Assembly: GCA_963728565.1 (NCBI GenBank)
Contig: CAVSLC010000013.1
Coordinates: forward strand, 320,001 to 384,000
Length of the DNA: 64,000 nucleotides
DNA from: an uncultured delta proteobacterium
GTDB lineage: Bacteria > Desulfobacterota > Binatia > UBA9968
Reading direction: 5' to 3'
Part shown: positions 42,763-52,971 of the stretch, piece by piece
Layout of the letters: each line of letters opens with the position of its first letter
How positions within the stretch are numbered: the first letter of the stretch is position 1
The notes under the pieces: generated by a model
What the model was told of the DNA's origin: nothing
What the model saw: the letters and a program-made list of their open reading frames with translations, nothing else
Databases searched by the model: none
Made by a program: the position numbers and the translations under genes

Positions 42763-44233
42763 TCAGTCGCCTGCTTCATCAAATCCATACAATTGCCAGT
42801 TTTTGATAACTTTCTCCTGTAAGTGGCTCGGCCAGAGATTTTCCAAAGTGGCTTTCACCGGAATGCTTTCGGGCGGCCAATCCTTGGGCCAAGTACAGTC
42901 AAAGATGACTCCAGCGGCATCACCGATCAGGCGCTCTTTTTGCGGCAAGAACGGCAGCAGGACTGGGAATCCCGGATTATGTGGTACCTGATGAATTCCA
43001 TTTACCGGATGACACTTGGTCGTCATCGCATGGAGAACTTCATCCATATTGGTGGGATCTACGTCGGCATCGACAATGACAATGTAATAGGTAAACAGTC
43101 CAGGCTTCGTCGCCCAGACGGCGTGGGCTACGCGACGGGCATAATTCACAAAAGGAACTTCAGTTGCCACTACCGCCATATGTCCAACCGCATAGGGCGG
43201 ACAGAATGCCCCCTTTACCGGAAAACCTAGTTTTCTAAGCTCAGAGTATATCTCCGCGCCCTTGATTAATGCGGTTGCAGTCTGGCCTTCATGCACCGGC
43301 ATTCCCATGTTTGAGAAAGGCAGAATTGGATTGTTTCGAAAAGTTATGGCGTTGATCTTCATGATCGGCTTCGGTGAAGATTTCCCCGCTTCATATCCCA
43401 TGTACTCGCCAAAAGGTCCTTCGATCATGCGCTCGTGTGGCAATACTTCTCCTTCAAGAATGATCTCAGCAGACGCCGGAACATCAAGATCGACGGTATC
43501 GCCTCTCACCAACGAAATCGGCGCATTTTGCAATCCGCCAGCAACATCTACCTCATTCACGTGCGGCGGTATCTGGACGCAACTCACGAGTCGGTATGAC
43601 AGGCTGACCGCCGATTGCTACTGCGACAGGCATTGATCGATTCATCGCCTCATATTTTTGATAAATCTGGCCGATATGTTGTTGCAGCGGGAAAAGACAC
43701 CCTAGCGTGTTTCGATCGTGGACCATCAGGCGGTACATTCCCCAATTGACCCATGAACCATCCGGATCCTTGGTGATAACCGTATGCCACGTCCCAATGT
43801 ACCGCCCGCCATCGCCGCCATGGATCAACGGAATGGGAAATTTAAGAACATCCACGTCGGCCCCCTTCATGATATTTTCTTTACAGGGACCTGTGCTCAC
43901 CACGATCGGCTTGATCAAGTTTTCTCGACGTTGCAAATAAGTCTGCATAATTTCTTTTGCTGACGCGCTGGGTCGCAGGCTCAGCGCCAATGCAGTGCGA
44001 GCAAACAACGAATGCCCTCGCTTCTTGCTTGCGCCCAAGGGCGCGCCCAGCGCCCGGAATCCATGCGGATAACCCTTGATGTTCTCGAACAACGCCGCCG
44101 GGGCGCCAAGGTCATAACAGCGTCGCGTGATCGCGCCCATTTCGAGATTCCAATCGACTGGTACTTTGATCCTTTGAACTTCGTCGAACTCCTCCAGCAA
44201 TTCCAGAAAATCTCTGAGGTCATCCATTTTCAT
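42763..44233 (-). CDS. UbiD-family (prFMN) (de)carboxylase, phenylphosphate carboxylase alpha-like; split by a 1-nt frameshift near 43591
   Basis: DLRDFLELLE, DGGRYIGTW, NWGMYR, VPASAEIILEG, EGPFGEYMGY, VDADVDP; removing one base gives the join VIPLVSCV. Confidence 0.87.
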
Positions 44234-44467
44234 TGTTCTCTCCCTGCCGGACAGGCGCGGCCCCACCTGAGTGGGAAGCGTACAAACTCAGGTGCGAACT
44301 TGCGCATCTCCATCCTTTCTTCAGCAACATTCAGAATTTGATTTTTTCGAGCTTTATCCATCTAAGACAACTTCATGGCACAAGGCGTGGCCCGACTCGG
44401 GATTCTTTGGTGGACAAAGTAAGGAAGGTCATTTATATTCTCTGGCTTATAAGGAAGGGGGAAACTC

Positions 44468-44851
44468 ATGGCAGATGCCAACAAATCGAACGAGGCCTAT
44501 CTTGGGCCCGGCACTAAAATCAATGGGAAACTTTTTTTTGATGGGCCCACGACAATTGAAGGCGATGTCGAGGGGGAAATAACTGGACAAGCCAACGTTA
44601 CAATCGGTCAACAGGCGACTGTAAAGGGTAAAATCACCGCGGCATCCATCGTTGTTCAGGGCAAAGTCATGGCGGATGTTCAAGCCGAAAAAAAGCTGGA
44701 TATTCAGCCGCCCGGTTCCGTAGTGGGCGATGTCACAACGCAGAGCCTGGTCATCGGCGACGGCGCTGTCCTCGAAGGCCACGTATCCATGAGAAAAGAA
44801 GGTCGCGTTCTGCCCCTTCGCCAAGAAGCGAAAAAAGAAGGCGTCTCCTAA
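44468..44851 (+). CDS. Bactofilin (polymer-forming cytoskeletal protein)
   Basis: LGPGTKINGKL...IEGDVEGEI...VKGKI...VVGDV...GAVLEGHVSM beta-helix repeats. Confidence 0.9.
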   Translation: MADANKSNEAYLGPGTKINGKLFFDGPTTIEGDVEGEITGQANVTIGQQATVKGKITAASIVVQGKVMADVQAEKKLDIQPPGSVVGDVTTQSLVIGDGAVLEGHVSMRKEGRVLPLRQEAKKEGVS

Positions 44852-44956
44852 GATCTCATCCATCGCTGACTCGTACGAGTTTGCATCCCTCACTTTAGGA
44901 TCCACCAGAATGAAGCCATGTTCTTAGGCGGAAGACAAGGCGAAAACTTCAGAAGC

Positions 44957-44991
44957 AAAATGGGCTTGTCGACGACAAGCCCATTTTTTTT
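44957..44991 (+). terminator. Intrinsic terminator
   Basis: AAAATGGGCTTGTC-GAC-GACAAGCCCATTTT perfect stem ending in T8. Confidence 0.88.
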
Positions 44992-45344
44992 GGAACGCTG
45001 ACTCTATTTACCTCGTGGTCGTCTGATGGAGTCAAACATAGATCGATTCCTTTTCAGAAGACCCTACCAGCGATCTAAATACTTCGCTGGAGAGTGACAA
45101 AGGCCGAGATCGTCGCATTCAGCCGGCTATTCAGCTTCAGCTCAATCCTGCCGCAGTCGATTTGCGCAGCATGGCGAAATGTTTAGTCGACTCTGGGGCG
45201 AATGAACATCGACCATAAGACTCTGAACATTGCACACTAATTACAAAAGAGTGATTCAAAAGTTGTGTGTCTGGCGAATTTACCATAGATTAGGTTTGAC
45301 TTGAGCGCGCGGCTTTTCCGCTAGGTAAGTGCGTTAGACTAACG

Positions 45345-45662
45345 ATGGCATGGATCAATCTGGCGATAGCTGGAATTCTGGAAGTTCTTTGGGCTATTAG
45401 CCTTAAATATACCGAAGGGTTTAGTAAGCTTTGGCCCAATCTCTTCACCGTCTTTGGAATGGTTGCCAGTTTCTACTTTCTCGCCCAGGCCTTGAAGGTA
45501 ATTCCTGTCGGAACTGGATACGCCATTTGGACCGGGATTGGTGCCGCCGGGACAGCTATTTTGGGAATCATTCTGTTCGGTGAATCCGCTGCTCCGGCAC
45601 GCCTGGCGTGCATTACAGTGATTGTTGCGGGCATCATCGGCCTGAAGCTTACTTCACCGTGA
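45345..45662 (+). CDS. sugE: SMR-family exporter, Gdx/SugE subtype
   Basis: MAWINLAIAGILEVLWAISLKYTEGF, IPVGTGYAIWTGIGAAG. Confidence 0.88.
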   Translation: MAWINLAIAGILEVLWAISLKYTEGFSKLWPNLFTVFGMVASFYFLAQALKVIPVGTGYAIWTGIGAAGTAILGIILFGESAAPARLACITVIVAGIIGLKLTSP

Positions 45663-45757
45663 TCTGTCACCGTTCCAATCCCATCAACTATGTCGCACTG
45701 TTCTTAGAAGCTCGATAGGGGGTTATTTGAATTCTACTCAGGAAGGCTCAACTCGTT

Positions 45758-46675
45758 ATGATCATTGATTGTCATGCCCATCTGATGCCTCAAAGTTGGT
45801 TTGATCCCCAGTCCCCAAAAACAGTGTTCGATCTCGACGCTCTTTTCAGAGAGCAAGATGAAGCTGGGGTCGATATCACAGTTTTCGGGAACAATTGGAT
45901 TCGCTCACCCGACGGCGCCGATCCGCTCCGCGTGGTGCAAGAATTCAACGAGCATGCCGCTGAGTTGACGGCGAAATACCCAAAACGGCTGCTCGGTCTG
46001 GCCTGTTCGGTGCCATTTGATAGCGGCAAAATCCTGAAAGAAACCGACAAAGCGATCCGCGACTATAAACTCAGAGGAATCATGATCAACACGAGCGTGG
46101 ACGGCGAGTACCTCGACTCGCCGCGCACGGCGCCGTTTTTTGAATTGGTCAGCGAGCTTGAAGTTCCGCTTTTTGTGCATCCGCCGAAGTTCACCATCGG
46201 CAATGAGAAAATGGAAATTTTCCGTCTTCCGGAGATGCTCGGCAGACCTTTCGACACTACCCTGGCTCTCACACGATTCATCTTCACCGGCGGCTTCGAA
46301 CGCTTCCCGAAGCTGAAGATGATCTGCGCCCACGTCGGCGGAGCTCTACCGATGCTGCCAGGCCGTTATGGTGTCGGCTATGAGTTGCGCAAAGACATGA
46401 GCTTCGGTCCGTGGGAACCGGATGTCATGACCCGGTCGCCGGCAAGCTATATCGGGCAACTTTATGTAGACACCGTCTCCTACCACCCGGCGGCAGTCCA
46501 ATGCGCAATCGATACCATGGGCATCGACCACGTCGTTTTCGGTAGCGATTCTCCGCCAGTGCCACTTCCGCTCAAGAGAGCCGTTGATACAGTGCGGAAC
46601 CTGCGGATTTCAGATGCCGACAAACAAAAAATCCTCGGCGGCACGGCGGCAAAGCTTCTCGGGCTCGCGTTCTAA
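45758..46675 (+). CDS. Amidohydrolase_2 family protein (ACMSD/decarboxylase-like)
   Basis: IDCHAH, LFVHP, FERFPKLKMICAHVGG, FGSDSP. Confidence 0.85.
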   Translation: MIIDCHAHLMPQSWFDPQSPKTVFDLDALFREQDEAGVDITVFGNNWIRSPDGADPLRVVQEFNEHAAELTAKYPKRLLGLACSVPFDSGKILKETDKAIRDYKLRGIMINTSVDGEYLDSPRTAPFFELVSELEVPLFVHPPKFTIGNEKMEIFRLPEMLGRPFDTTLALTRFIFTGGFERFPKLKMICAHVGGALPMLPGRYGVGYELRKDMSFGPWEPDVMTRSPASYIGQLYVDTVSYHPAAVQCAIDTMGIDHVVFGSDSPPVPLPLKRAVDTVRNLRISDADKQKILGGTAAKLLGLAF

Positions 46676-46873
46676 TCCTTCTGTGTGCATATTTCCTGCA
46701 ACGGAGCTCAATTGGCTGACGCGGGCTTCTGATGTTTCCGAGTGATTTAGGATCATGCAATTATGATCTTGAGCGCGATGTCGGGCGGCTTGTGCGTTTG
46801 GCGACTGACCGATGACCAGGAGCACTGGAAGGTTGAGCGCTAAGATGTCGAGGATTACTGCCAGAAGGAAACT

Positions 46874-47926
46874 TCAGCTGCGGCAACGTAAAGCTTCGGC
46901 AATGATGCCCACCGCCGCCTCAACATCGGATCGATCCACGTCCAAATGGGTCACCATCCGAATTCGCTCTGCGTCAACCGGCACTCCGAGAACTTGGCGC
47001 CGACCGATCCTTTCGAGAAACTCGGCGGAGCTTAGCTTGGTTTCCCGCACATCGTAAATCACGATATTGGTCTGAACATAGCTGGGATCAAGGCGTATAC
47101 CCGGAATCAGGGCGAGTCCCTGCGCCAGTATCTTGGCGTTTTCGTGATCGACGTAGAGGCGCTTTGGTCCGTCCTCCAACGCAATCAACCCTGCTGCAGC
47201 GATGACGCCGGCCTGGCGCATGCCGCCGCCGAGCATTTTGCGAATCGAACGGCAGCGTTCGATAAATTCGCGTGAACCGACGATCATCGATCCCACTGGC
47301 GCACCCAATCCCTTGCTCAAACAAAACTGAACGGAATCGAACTTCTTGGTAATTTCTGCGACACTCTGACCAATGTGAATCGCCGCGTTGAAGACCCGAG
47401 CGCCGTCGAGATGAACTCTTAGCCCCGCCTCATGAGCGTGATCGCAGATTGCGTGCGCCAAACGAGTCGGATAAACCGTACCCCCTGCCATGTTGTGGGT
47501 ATTTTCCAGAGACACTAGGCCGGTTTGCGGACGAAAATAAGCCTTCGGTCTAATCGCCTGAGATATCTGTTCCCAAGTCATAATCCCATTGCTGGCGTTG
47601 ACCACCCGAGGGAGGACCCCGGCAATCGCGGCCATGGCGGCCATTTCATAATTGTAGATATGCCCGGCCGCTTCGCAGATCACTTCTTGCCCAGGCTGGG
47701 TTTGTGCCATGATACAGACCAGGTTACCCATCGAGCCCGATGGAACGAACAATCCGGCTTGTCGTCCAAATATTTCCGCGGCCCGCTGCTGCAAACGATT
47801 GACGCTCGGATCTTCCATGAACACGTCATCGCCGACTTCCGCCTCAGCCATCGCCCGGCGCATTGCCGCTGACGGTTTAGTTACCGTGTCGCTCCGCAAG
47901 TCAATCATTCTAGTATCAATGGCCAT
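46874..47926 (-). CDS. ltaE: Low-specificity L-threonine aldolase
   Basis: IDLRSDTVTKP, ENTHN, HLDGARVFNA, CLSKGLGAPVGS, GGGMRQAG. Confidence 0.93.
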   Translation of the reverse strand: MAIDTRMIDLRSDTVTKPSAAMRRAMAEAEVGDDVFMEDPSVNRLQQRAAEIFGRQAGLFVPSGSMGNLVCIMAQTQPGQEVICEAAGHIYNYEMAAMAAIAGVLPRVVNASNGIMTWEQISQAIRPKAYFRPQTGLVSLENTHNMAGGTVYPTRLAHAICDHAHEAGLRVHLDGARVFNAAIHIGQSVAEITKKFDSVQFCLSKGLGAPVGSMIVGSREFIERCRSIRKMLGGGMRQAGVIAAAGLIALEDGPKRLYVDHENAKILAQGLALIPGIRLDPSYVQTNIVIYDVRETKLSSAEFLERIGRRQVLGVPVDAERIRMVTHLDVDRSDVEAAVGIIAEALRCRS

Positions 47927-47978
47927 GCAAAACCTTCGACCGTTAAGCGGTTGATCGTCGAGGTCAGCTTCGCGCCTT

Positions 47979-48731
47979 CTATTTCAAGGGTTCTTCGATT
48001 TCTTCTATCGTTTGCCGCGCCAGCGACGGCCGAACAAAGGCGTTGTAGATGCTATCGTTCTGCAACCACATGATGTCGGCTCTCTGTTTAACGGCTTCGC
48101 GCATTTCAGCTTGCAGCCTCTCCTCCATACAGTGGTGCTTGATCACGTTGGTCACCATGTCGCCATGACCTTCATCGTGGTATTCGTGAGCGCGGAAGAA
48201 ATCCAAGGTGCTCGTCGGAATCCAGGAATAGTATTTCTCGATCGCCTCACGCTCCTCTTTCATACGCTTAGGCCCGCCTCCCTCGAAGACAAGGCCCGTT
48301 CCGATCGCTACGGCCCAATGACTGTGCTGCACTAGAGAAACATACATCTCCAAAGCAGCGCGAATCGCCGGCAAAGGCTCGTAATTCAAGATTTCATCGG
48401 CCGGAATGCCCAAACCGCCGGCAAACTGCACCCAGAGCTCGCGATGACTAGGATATTTGCCTCCGAACAAATCTTCTCCTTCTTCTTCCACCATGTTTTC
48501 CAATAACAAGCGTCGTAACTCCGGAACCGGGCACTTGTGATAACGAATGCCGAAAAAGCGATGAATGTTGCGAAACTCATGAAACTGATTTTTGGCCCAC
48601 CACTGGAGCTGCTCCCTGGTCAGCCGCCCACTCAGGAGCAGCTGGCGAATCGGGTGGGGCTTGGGATGGCGCTGTTGTAACGTAGTCTGGAGATCCGCGA
48701 TCAGCTCTTCAGGTGAAAGCATTCCCTGCAT
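47979..48731 (-). CDS. Heme-oxygenase-like dimetal oxidase (PqqC/CADD/TenA fold)
   Basis: HP...SGRLTREQLQWWA, ENMVEEEG..SHRELW..FA.GLG, central FE, FFRAHEYHDEGH (E/H/E/H/D/H ligand set). Confidence 0.8.
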   Translation of the reverse strand: MQGMLSPEELIADLQTTLQQRHPKPHPIRQLLLSGRLTREQLQWWAKNQFHEFRNIHRFFGIRYHKCPVPELRRLLLENMVEEEGEDLFGGKYPSHRELWVQFAGGLGIPADEILNYEPLPAIRAALEMYVSLVQHSHWAVAIGTGLVFEGGGPKRMKEEREAIEKYYSWIPTSTLDFFRAHEYHDEGHGDMVTNVIKHHCMEERLQAEMREAVKQRADIMWLQNDSIYNAFVRPSLARQTIEEIEEPLK

Positions 48732-48854
48732 AGAAATCTCCTTCCAAAATAAGAAATGGCCTTTCGATTGGAGGCATCATAAACAAGTTGCCGGGACGCC
48801 GCCACCAGGTTTGTCATTGTTTTTTTCGGCGGCGTTTACTAGCATAAAGCCCCT

Positions 48855-49613
48855 GTGGTTTCTCTATCACTACGCGGCCTCACTAAGAAGTTCAGCCGGG
48901 TCCTAGCGGTTGACCATGCCAACCTCGACGTCCATAGCGGTGAGTTTCTCGTAGTCGTCGGCGAGAGCGGCTGCGGTAAGACCACGACCCTTAGACTTAT
49001 CGCCGGGCTTGAAACACCTGACGCCGGCACCATCTTGATCGGTGGAATGCCGGTCAATGACATCCCTGTCGGCAGACGCAACGTGCAGATGATCTTTCAG
49101 AATTTCGCCCTGTGGCCGCACATGAGAGTCTTTGATGAAAGCCGGTACAGCAATTTGTCGCTGCCGCTGAAGGTCCGTAAATGGTCCCATGATAAAATCG
49201 GCGAGCTGCTCCGTCCCTTGGCTCGGCGGGTCGGCATCGAAGAAAGTTTTTTCAGGCGCAAACCGATGGAGCTGTCCGGCGGACAGCAGCAGCGGGTTGC
49301 CGTAGGACGGGCTATGGCAACGGCGCCGCAGATTCTTCTCATGGACGAACCGTTGAGCAACATCGATCCTCCCAACCGGCTGCGAATGCGCGGCGAAATC
49401 TTGAAGTTCCATCAAGAAAACAGGCTGACAACGATTTATGTAACGCATAATGTAGCCGACGGCATCGCGTTGGCGGATCGGATCGCGGTCATGAGAAACG
49501 GTAGGTTCGAACAAGTCGATACCGCTGAGAATCTGTTTCGCACTCCGGCCAGCGCTTATATCTCAGACTTTTTTCGAGCCGAACAGATTGTCCATAAACC
49601 GAGGTTCTCCTAA
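48855..49613 (+). CDS. ABC transporter ATPase (MalK/PotA-like, no C-terminal TOBE domain)
   Basis: GESGCGKTT, LSGGQQQRVA, LLMDEPLSN, YVTH. Confidence 0.88.
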   Translation: MVSLSLRGLTKKFSRVLAVDHANLDVHSGEFLVVVGESGCGKTTTLRLIAGLETPDAGTILIGGMPVNDIPVGRRNVQMIFQNFALWPHMRVFDESRYSNLSLPLKVRKWSHDKIGELLRPLARRVGIEESFFRRKPMELSGGQQQRVAVGRAMATAPQILLMDEPLSNIDPPNRLRMRGEILKFHQENRLTTIYVTHNVADGIALADRIAVMRNGRFEQVDTAENLFRTPASAYISDFFRAEQIVHKPRFS

Positions 49614-49619
49614 CGTCTT

Positions 49620-50405
49620 ATGAGAACACGATTGGTCCTGCTGGCGCCGCTGTTCGTGCTACTTTTACTCGGTCCGGCGTATTCCGCCTGCCGAGAGCTC
49701 GATGTCGCCGGCGGCTTCACACGATCGGCTCACGCCGCTGGAGCCGATGCCGTCGTCGAGTTCTATGGCCACAATTTCTTCCAGATTACGACGGCAAAGG
49801 GAACGAAAATCATCACTGACCCGATCGCTCCGGGGATGTACCCAACGCCCGACATTAGCCCTCACGCGATCACCGTGGGGCGAGAACATCCAAATCATAA
49901 CTACGTTGAGATTGCCAAAGGAAACCCCATCGTCCTGCGTGGCTTGGGAAATTATGGCGCCGAATGGAACAAGATCAGCACGACCGTGCGTGACGTTCTG
50001 ATTTACACAGTGCCGGTTTACCAGCAGCAATTCGGCAACGCTCTTAAAGGGGCTGCCTTCGTCTTCGACCTCGGCACACTGTGCATCGTTCACTTAGGCG
50101 ATTTGGCGCACAAACTGACCGCGGAACAAATTAAGGCTTTCGGCAAAGTGGACATCGCCATGATTCCTATCGGTGGCAGTTTTACGATGCCGCCGGACAC
50201 GGCGCGCGAGGTTTTGCAGCAACTCAAACCCAAAGTGGCAATCCCGATGCACTACCGCGAAAGCACAGCGCTTTTAGACATGTTCGTGAAAGGATTTCCA
50301 AATAGATATCTGCCCAATCATCGGCATGCCTTCAGCAAAGAGGCACTACCCAGCCCAACGCAGATCATGGTTTTTACACCTTGGGGTATGAGAGGATACC
50401 GATAA
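49620..50405 (+). CDS. Exported MBL-fold (Lactamase_B_3-like) protein with degenerate metal motif
   Basis: Signal peptide, YGHNFF, IITDP, VGREHPNHN, VHLGDL, IPIGGSFTM, IPMHY. Confidence 0.8.
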   Translation: MRTRLVLLAPLFVLLLLGPAYSACRELDVAGGFTRSAHAAGADAVVEFYGHNFFQITTAKGTKIITDPIAPGMYPTPDISPHAITVGREHPNHNYVEIAKGNPIVLRGLGNYGAEWNKISTTVRDVLIYTVPVYQQQFGNALKGAAFVFDLGTLCIVHLGDLAHKLTAEQIKAFGKVDIAMIPIGGSFTMPPDTAREVLQQLKPKVAIPMHYRESTALLDMFVKGFPNRYLPNHRHAFSKEALPSPTQIMVFTPWGMRGYR

Positions 50406-50465
50406 AGGCGCTGCCAGTGAGAAGGCGCAACGGCAGGATCAGCCGCAGGAAAGCTGCAAGAATCG

Positions 50466-51455
50466 TTAAATTTTAAACGCCTCGCGCGTTTCGCGCGCAA
50501 ACAGTTCGTCGAGATCCAATCGCTGCTTGATCAATCCCTGTTCATGAAGATAATCATGCAGGGTTTCCAAGTTCATTCTGTTCGGGGTCAACCCATAAGG
50601 CCAGTAGTCCGCGGTCATCAAATCGCGGGTATCTTCATATTCTGCCGAAGTCCATGGCAAGCTGACACGCAGGATATTGGTGTCATAAAGCTCCCGCATG
50701 CACAGATCCTTAGCTTCACAAAACGCCTTATAGAGTGTTTGGGCCACCCACGGATCCTTTTCATAGATTGCCCGCCTGATCACGATGACATGCATGATTG
50801 GAAACAGGCCGGTCTTGGCAAAGTAGTCCATCTCGGCCTGGCGATAGTTGGGGAACAGTCGGCGCACGTTGGGCGCGCCTTCGAGAAAGCAAGTCGGCAT
50901 ACGTGGCGACATCATCGCGTCGATTTCACCGCTGGCGATCATCTCGTTCAAGGTTCGGTCGTTTTTGCTATCCATCCGAACTCCGGGTGGCATCTCGAAA
51001 TCGACTCGATCCTTACGGCCCGGCTGTTCCTCGCCCGCTTGAATCCAATGAATTTCACTGGGCGGAATACCGTATTCATGCTCAAACAACCCGCGCAACC
51101 ACACCGCAGCCGTCATGCTGTATTCAGGAACCCCCATCCGTTTGCCGCGCAGTTCTTCCGGTCGCCCGATCCCCGATGCCGTGTTGATAAAAATGCAACG
51201 ATGGCGAAAGGTCCGCGAGGGAAATACCGGTATGGCCACGAACGGGCGTCGTCCACGCGCCGCCGCCGTCAAAAAAGCCCCCATCGACAGCTCTGAAACA
51301 TCAAACTCCTCGTACTTCATCATACGCCAGAATATTTCTTCCACCGACATCACGAGGTAGTTGATGTCGATACCTTCAGGCTTGATGCGTCCATCTTTGA
51401 TTGGACGGGTCCGATCATAGTCCTCGCACGCTAAGGTCAACTGTATGTTTGCCAT
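50466..51455 (-). CDS. 4,5-dihydroxyphthalate decarboxylase-like protein (SBP fold)
   Basis: LTLACEDYDRT, FDVSELS, AIPVFPSRTFRH, GVPEYSMTAAVW, FPIMH, YWPYG. Confidence 0.82.
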   Translation of the reverse strand: MANIQLTLACEDYDRTRPIKDGRIKPEGIDINYLVMSVEEIFWRMMKYEEFDVSELSMGAFLTAAARGRRPFVAIPVFPSRTFRHRCIFINTASGIGRPEELRGKRMGVPEYSMTAAVWLRGLFEHEYGIPPSEIHWIQAGEEQPGRKDRVDFEMPPGVRMDSKNDRTLNEMIASGEIDAMMSPRMPTCFLEGAPNVRRLFPNYRQAEMDYFAKTGLFPIMHVIVIRRAIYEKDPWVAQTLYKAFCEAKDLCMRELYDTNILRVSLPWTSAEYEDTRDLMTADYWPYGLTPNRMNLETLHDYLHEQGLIKQRLDLDELFARETREAFKI

Positions 51456-51460
51456 GATTG

Positions 51461-52105
51461 TTACATCTGCGATTTGGCTCGAGCGATAAACTTGACGAAC
51501 TCCTTCATCTCGTTCACCAAGCCCCGTTCGCCCTGCTCCACTAATGTGTTGGCGAGAAAAGCGCTGCCAAGACAAATGCCGGTCACTCCGGCATGAACAT
51601 ATTCCTTAACATTTGTAAGATTCACTCCGCCCGACACCATGAAACGAACTTCGGGAAAAGGTCCGGCCATCTGGCGGATAAAGTTCGGGCCGCCAAGGCA
51701 ATCCGCGGGAAATATTTTAACTAGATCGGCGCCGGCGCGCGCGGCGGCATAGATTTCGGTCGCCGTCGCCGCTCCTGGATAACAAGCGACATCGGCCCCG
51801 TGACAAATGGCAATCAGATCGAGTTCCGATGATGGCGATACCACGAACAGCGCCCCGGCGGTAATCGCCGCTTCAGCTTGTTTCTTCGACAGCACCGTTC
51901 CTGCGCCAACACGGACTGTGCCTTCCCCAGCCAACGCGGCGATCACTTCTAAAGCTCCCGGAACACTCAAAGTGACCTCGACAAACTTTACTCCGGCGCT
52001 TGCGGCAGACTTGGCCGTAAGCATCGCTTCTTCAGCGGTTTGGGAGCGAAGAACGGCAACCAGTCGACTGTCGTTCAACTCGTGAATCAACTCAGCTCTT
52101 GCCAT
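51461..52105 (-). CDS. eda: KDPG/KHG aldolase family
   Basis: VAVLR, VEVTL, VGAGTVL, FVVSP, VKIFPA, SGGVN. Confidence 0.82.
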   Translation of the reverse strand: MARAELIHELNDSRLVAVLRSQTAEEAMLTAKSAASAGVKFVEVTLSVPGALEVIAALAGEGTVRVGAGTVLSKKQAEAAITAGALFVVSPSSELDLIAICHGADVACYPGAATATEIYAAARAGADLVKIFPADCLGGPNFIRQMAGPFPEVRFMVSGGVNLTNVKEYVHAGVTGICLGSAFLANTLVEQGERGLVNEMKEFVKFIARAKSQM

Positions 52106-52118
52106 GAATTCTGTGTCC

Positions 52119-52886
52119 CTAACTCAAGCTCAACCCGCCATCGACGATCAAGGTCTGACCGGTGACGAAATCACCGCCGGTAATCAAGCCGAGCACCGCG
52201 CCGGCAATATCCTCGGGAGTAGCGATGCGTTGCAGCGGATATCCTGCTGATGCGTTGGCGACAACCTGTTGGTAATCGACGCCAAAGTGCTGGCTCATCC
52301 AGGGCGTATCGGTAAACGCCGGTGCGACGCAATTGACCCTGACTCGCGGCGCCATTGCGACGGCCAGCCCCTTGGTCATATAAATCAAAGCCGCCTTGGC
52401 GGTTCCATACGCCAACGAAGAAATCGTTGAAGTAGCCAGCACGCCAGAGATCGACGATATATTGATAATCATCCCTTGGTTCTCGGACAGCATCTGGGCC
52501 GCGGCCCGAGCACATCGAAATGAGCCTTTCACGTTGACGTCCAGAATTTCATCCCAGATCGCATCGCTTAAACCCTCTAAATTTGCCAGCTTAACCCAGT
52601 GCGTTACGCCGGCGTTGTTGACCAGAACATCGAGCCGGCCGAAGTCGTCCTTGATCCTGCTGACCATACGACGGACATCATCGTCCGATTTGATATCGGC
52701 TCGGATGGCAACGGCCTTCACGCCATGACTTTCAATCTCACTCACCAATGCCTCGGCTTCTTTCGCGGAACTGCGATAATTGACCACCATTCCGCTCAAA
52801 CCGGCGTTTGCCAACCTGCGCGCCACCGCGCCGCCGATTCCGCCGGCGCCGCCAGTCACCAGGGCTACTCGGCCGTGAAGTTCCAT
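52119..52886 (-). CDS. SDR family oxidoreductase
   Basis: VTGGAGGIG, VNNAG, YGTAK. Confidence 0.9.
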   Translation of the reverse strand: MELHGRVALVTGGAGGIGGAVARRLANAGLSGMVVNYRSSAKEAEALVSEIESHGVKAVAIRADIKSDDDVRRMVSRIKDDFGRLDVLVNNAGVTHWVKLANLEGLSDAIWDEILDVNVKGSFRCARAAAQMLSENQGMIINISSISGVLATSTISSLAYGTAKAALIYMTKGLAVAMAPRVRVNCVAPAFTDTPWMSQHFGVDYQQVVANASAGYPLQRIATPEDIAGAVLGLITGGDFVTGQTLIVDGGLSLS

Positions 52887-52971
52887 ATCTTCGCTCCGCT
52901 CAGGATCTCAAACTGCAGTCTCACATCTCAAAGCGCCACTATCTGAGATTTGGGATTGGAGATGCGCGCCG

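Noticed and set aside
44447-44905. 152-aa minus-strand ORF
   Set aside because: Antisense to the clear bactofilin gene.
44957-44991. GACGAC loop suggesting a guanidine-II (ACGR) hairpin upstream of sugE
   Set aside because: Single hairpin, pairing register does not give an ACGA tetraloop, T8 tail, 350 nt from the gene: an ordinary terminator.
45094-45186. Mini-ORF beginning MTKAEIV (HU/IHF-like start)
   Set aside because: Only about 30 codons and the resemblance ends after 7 residues.
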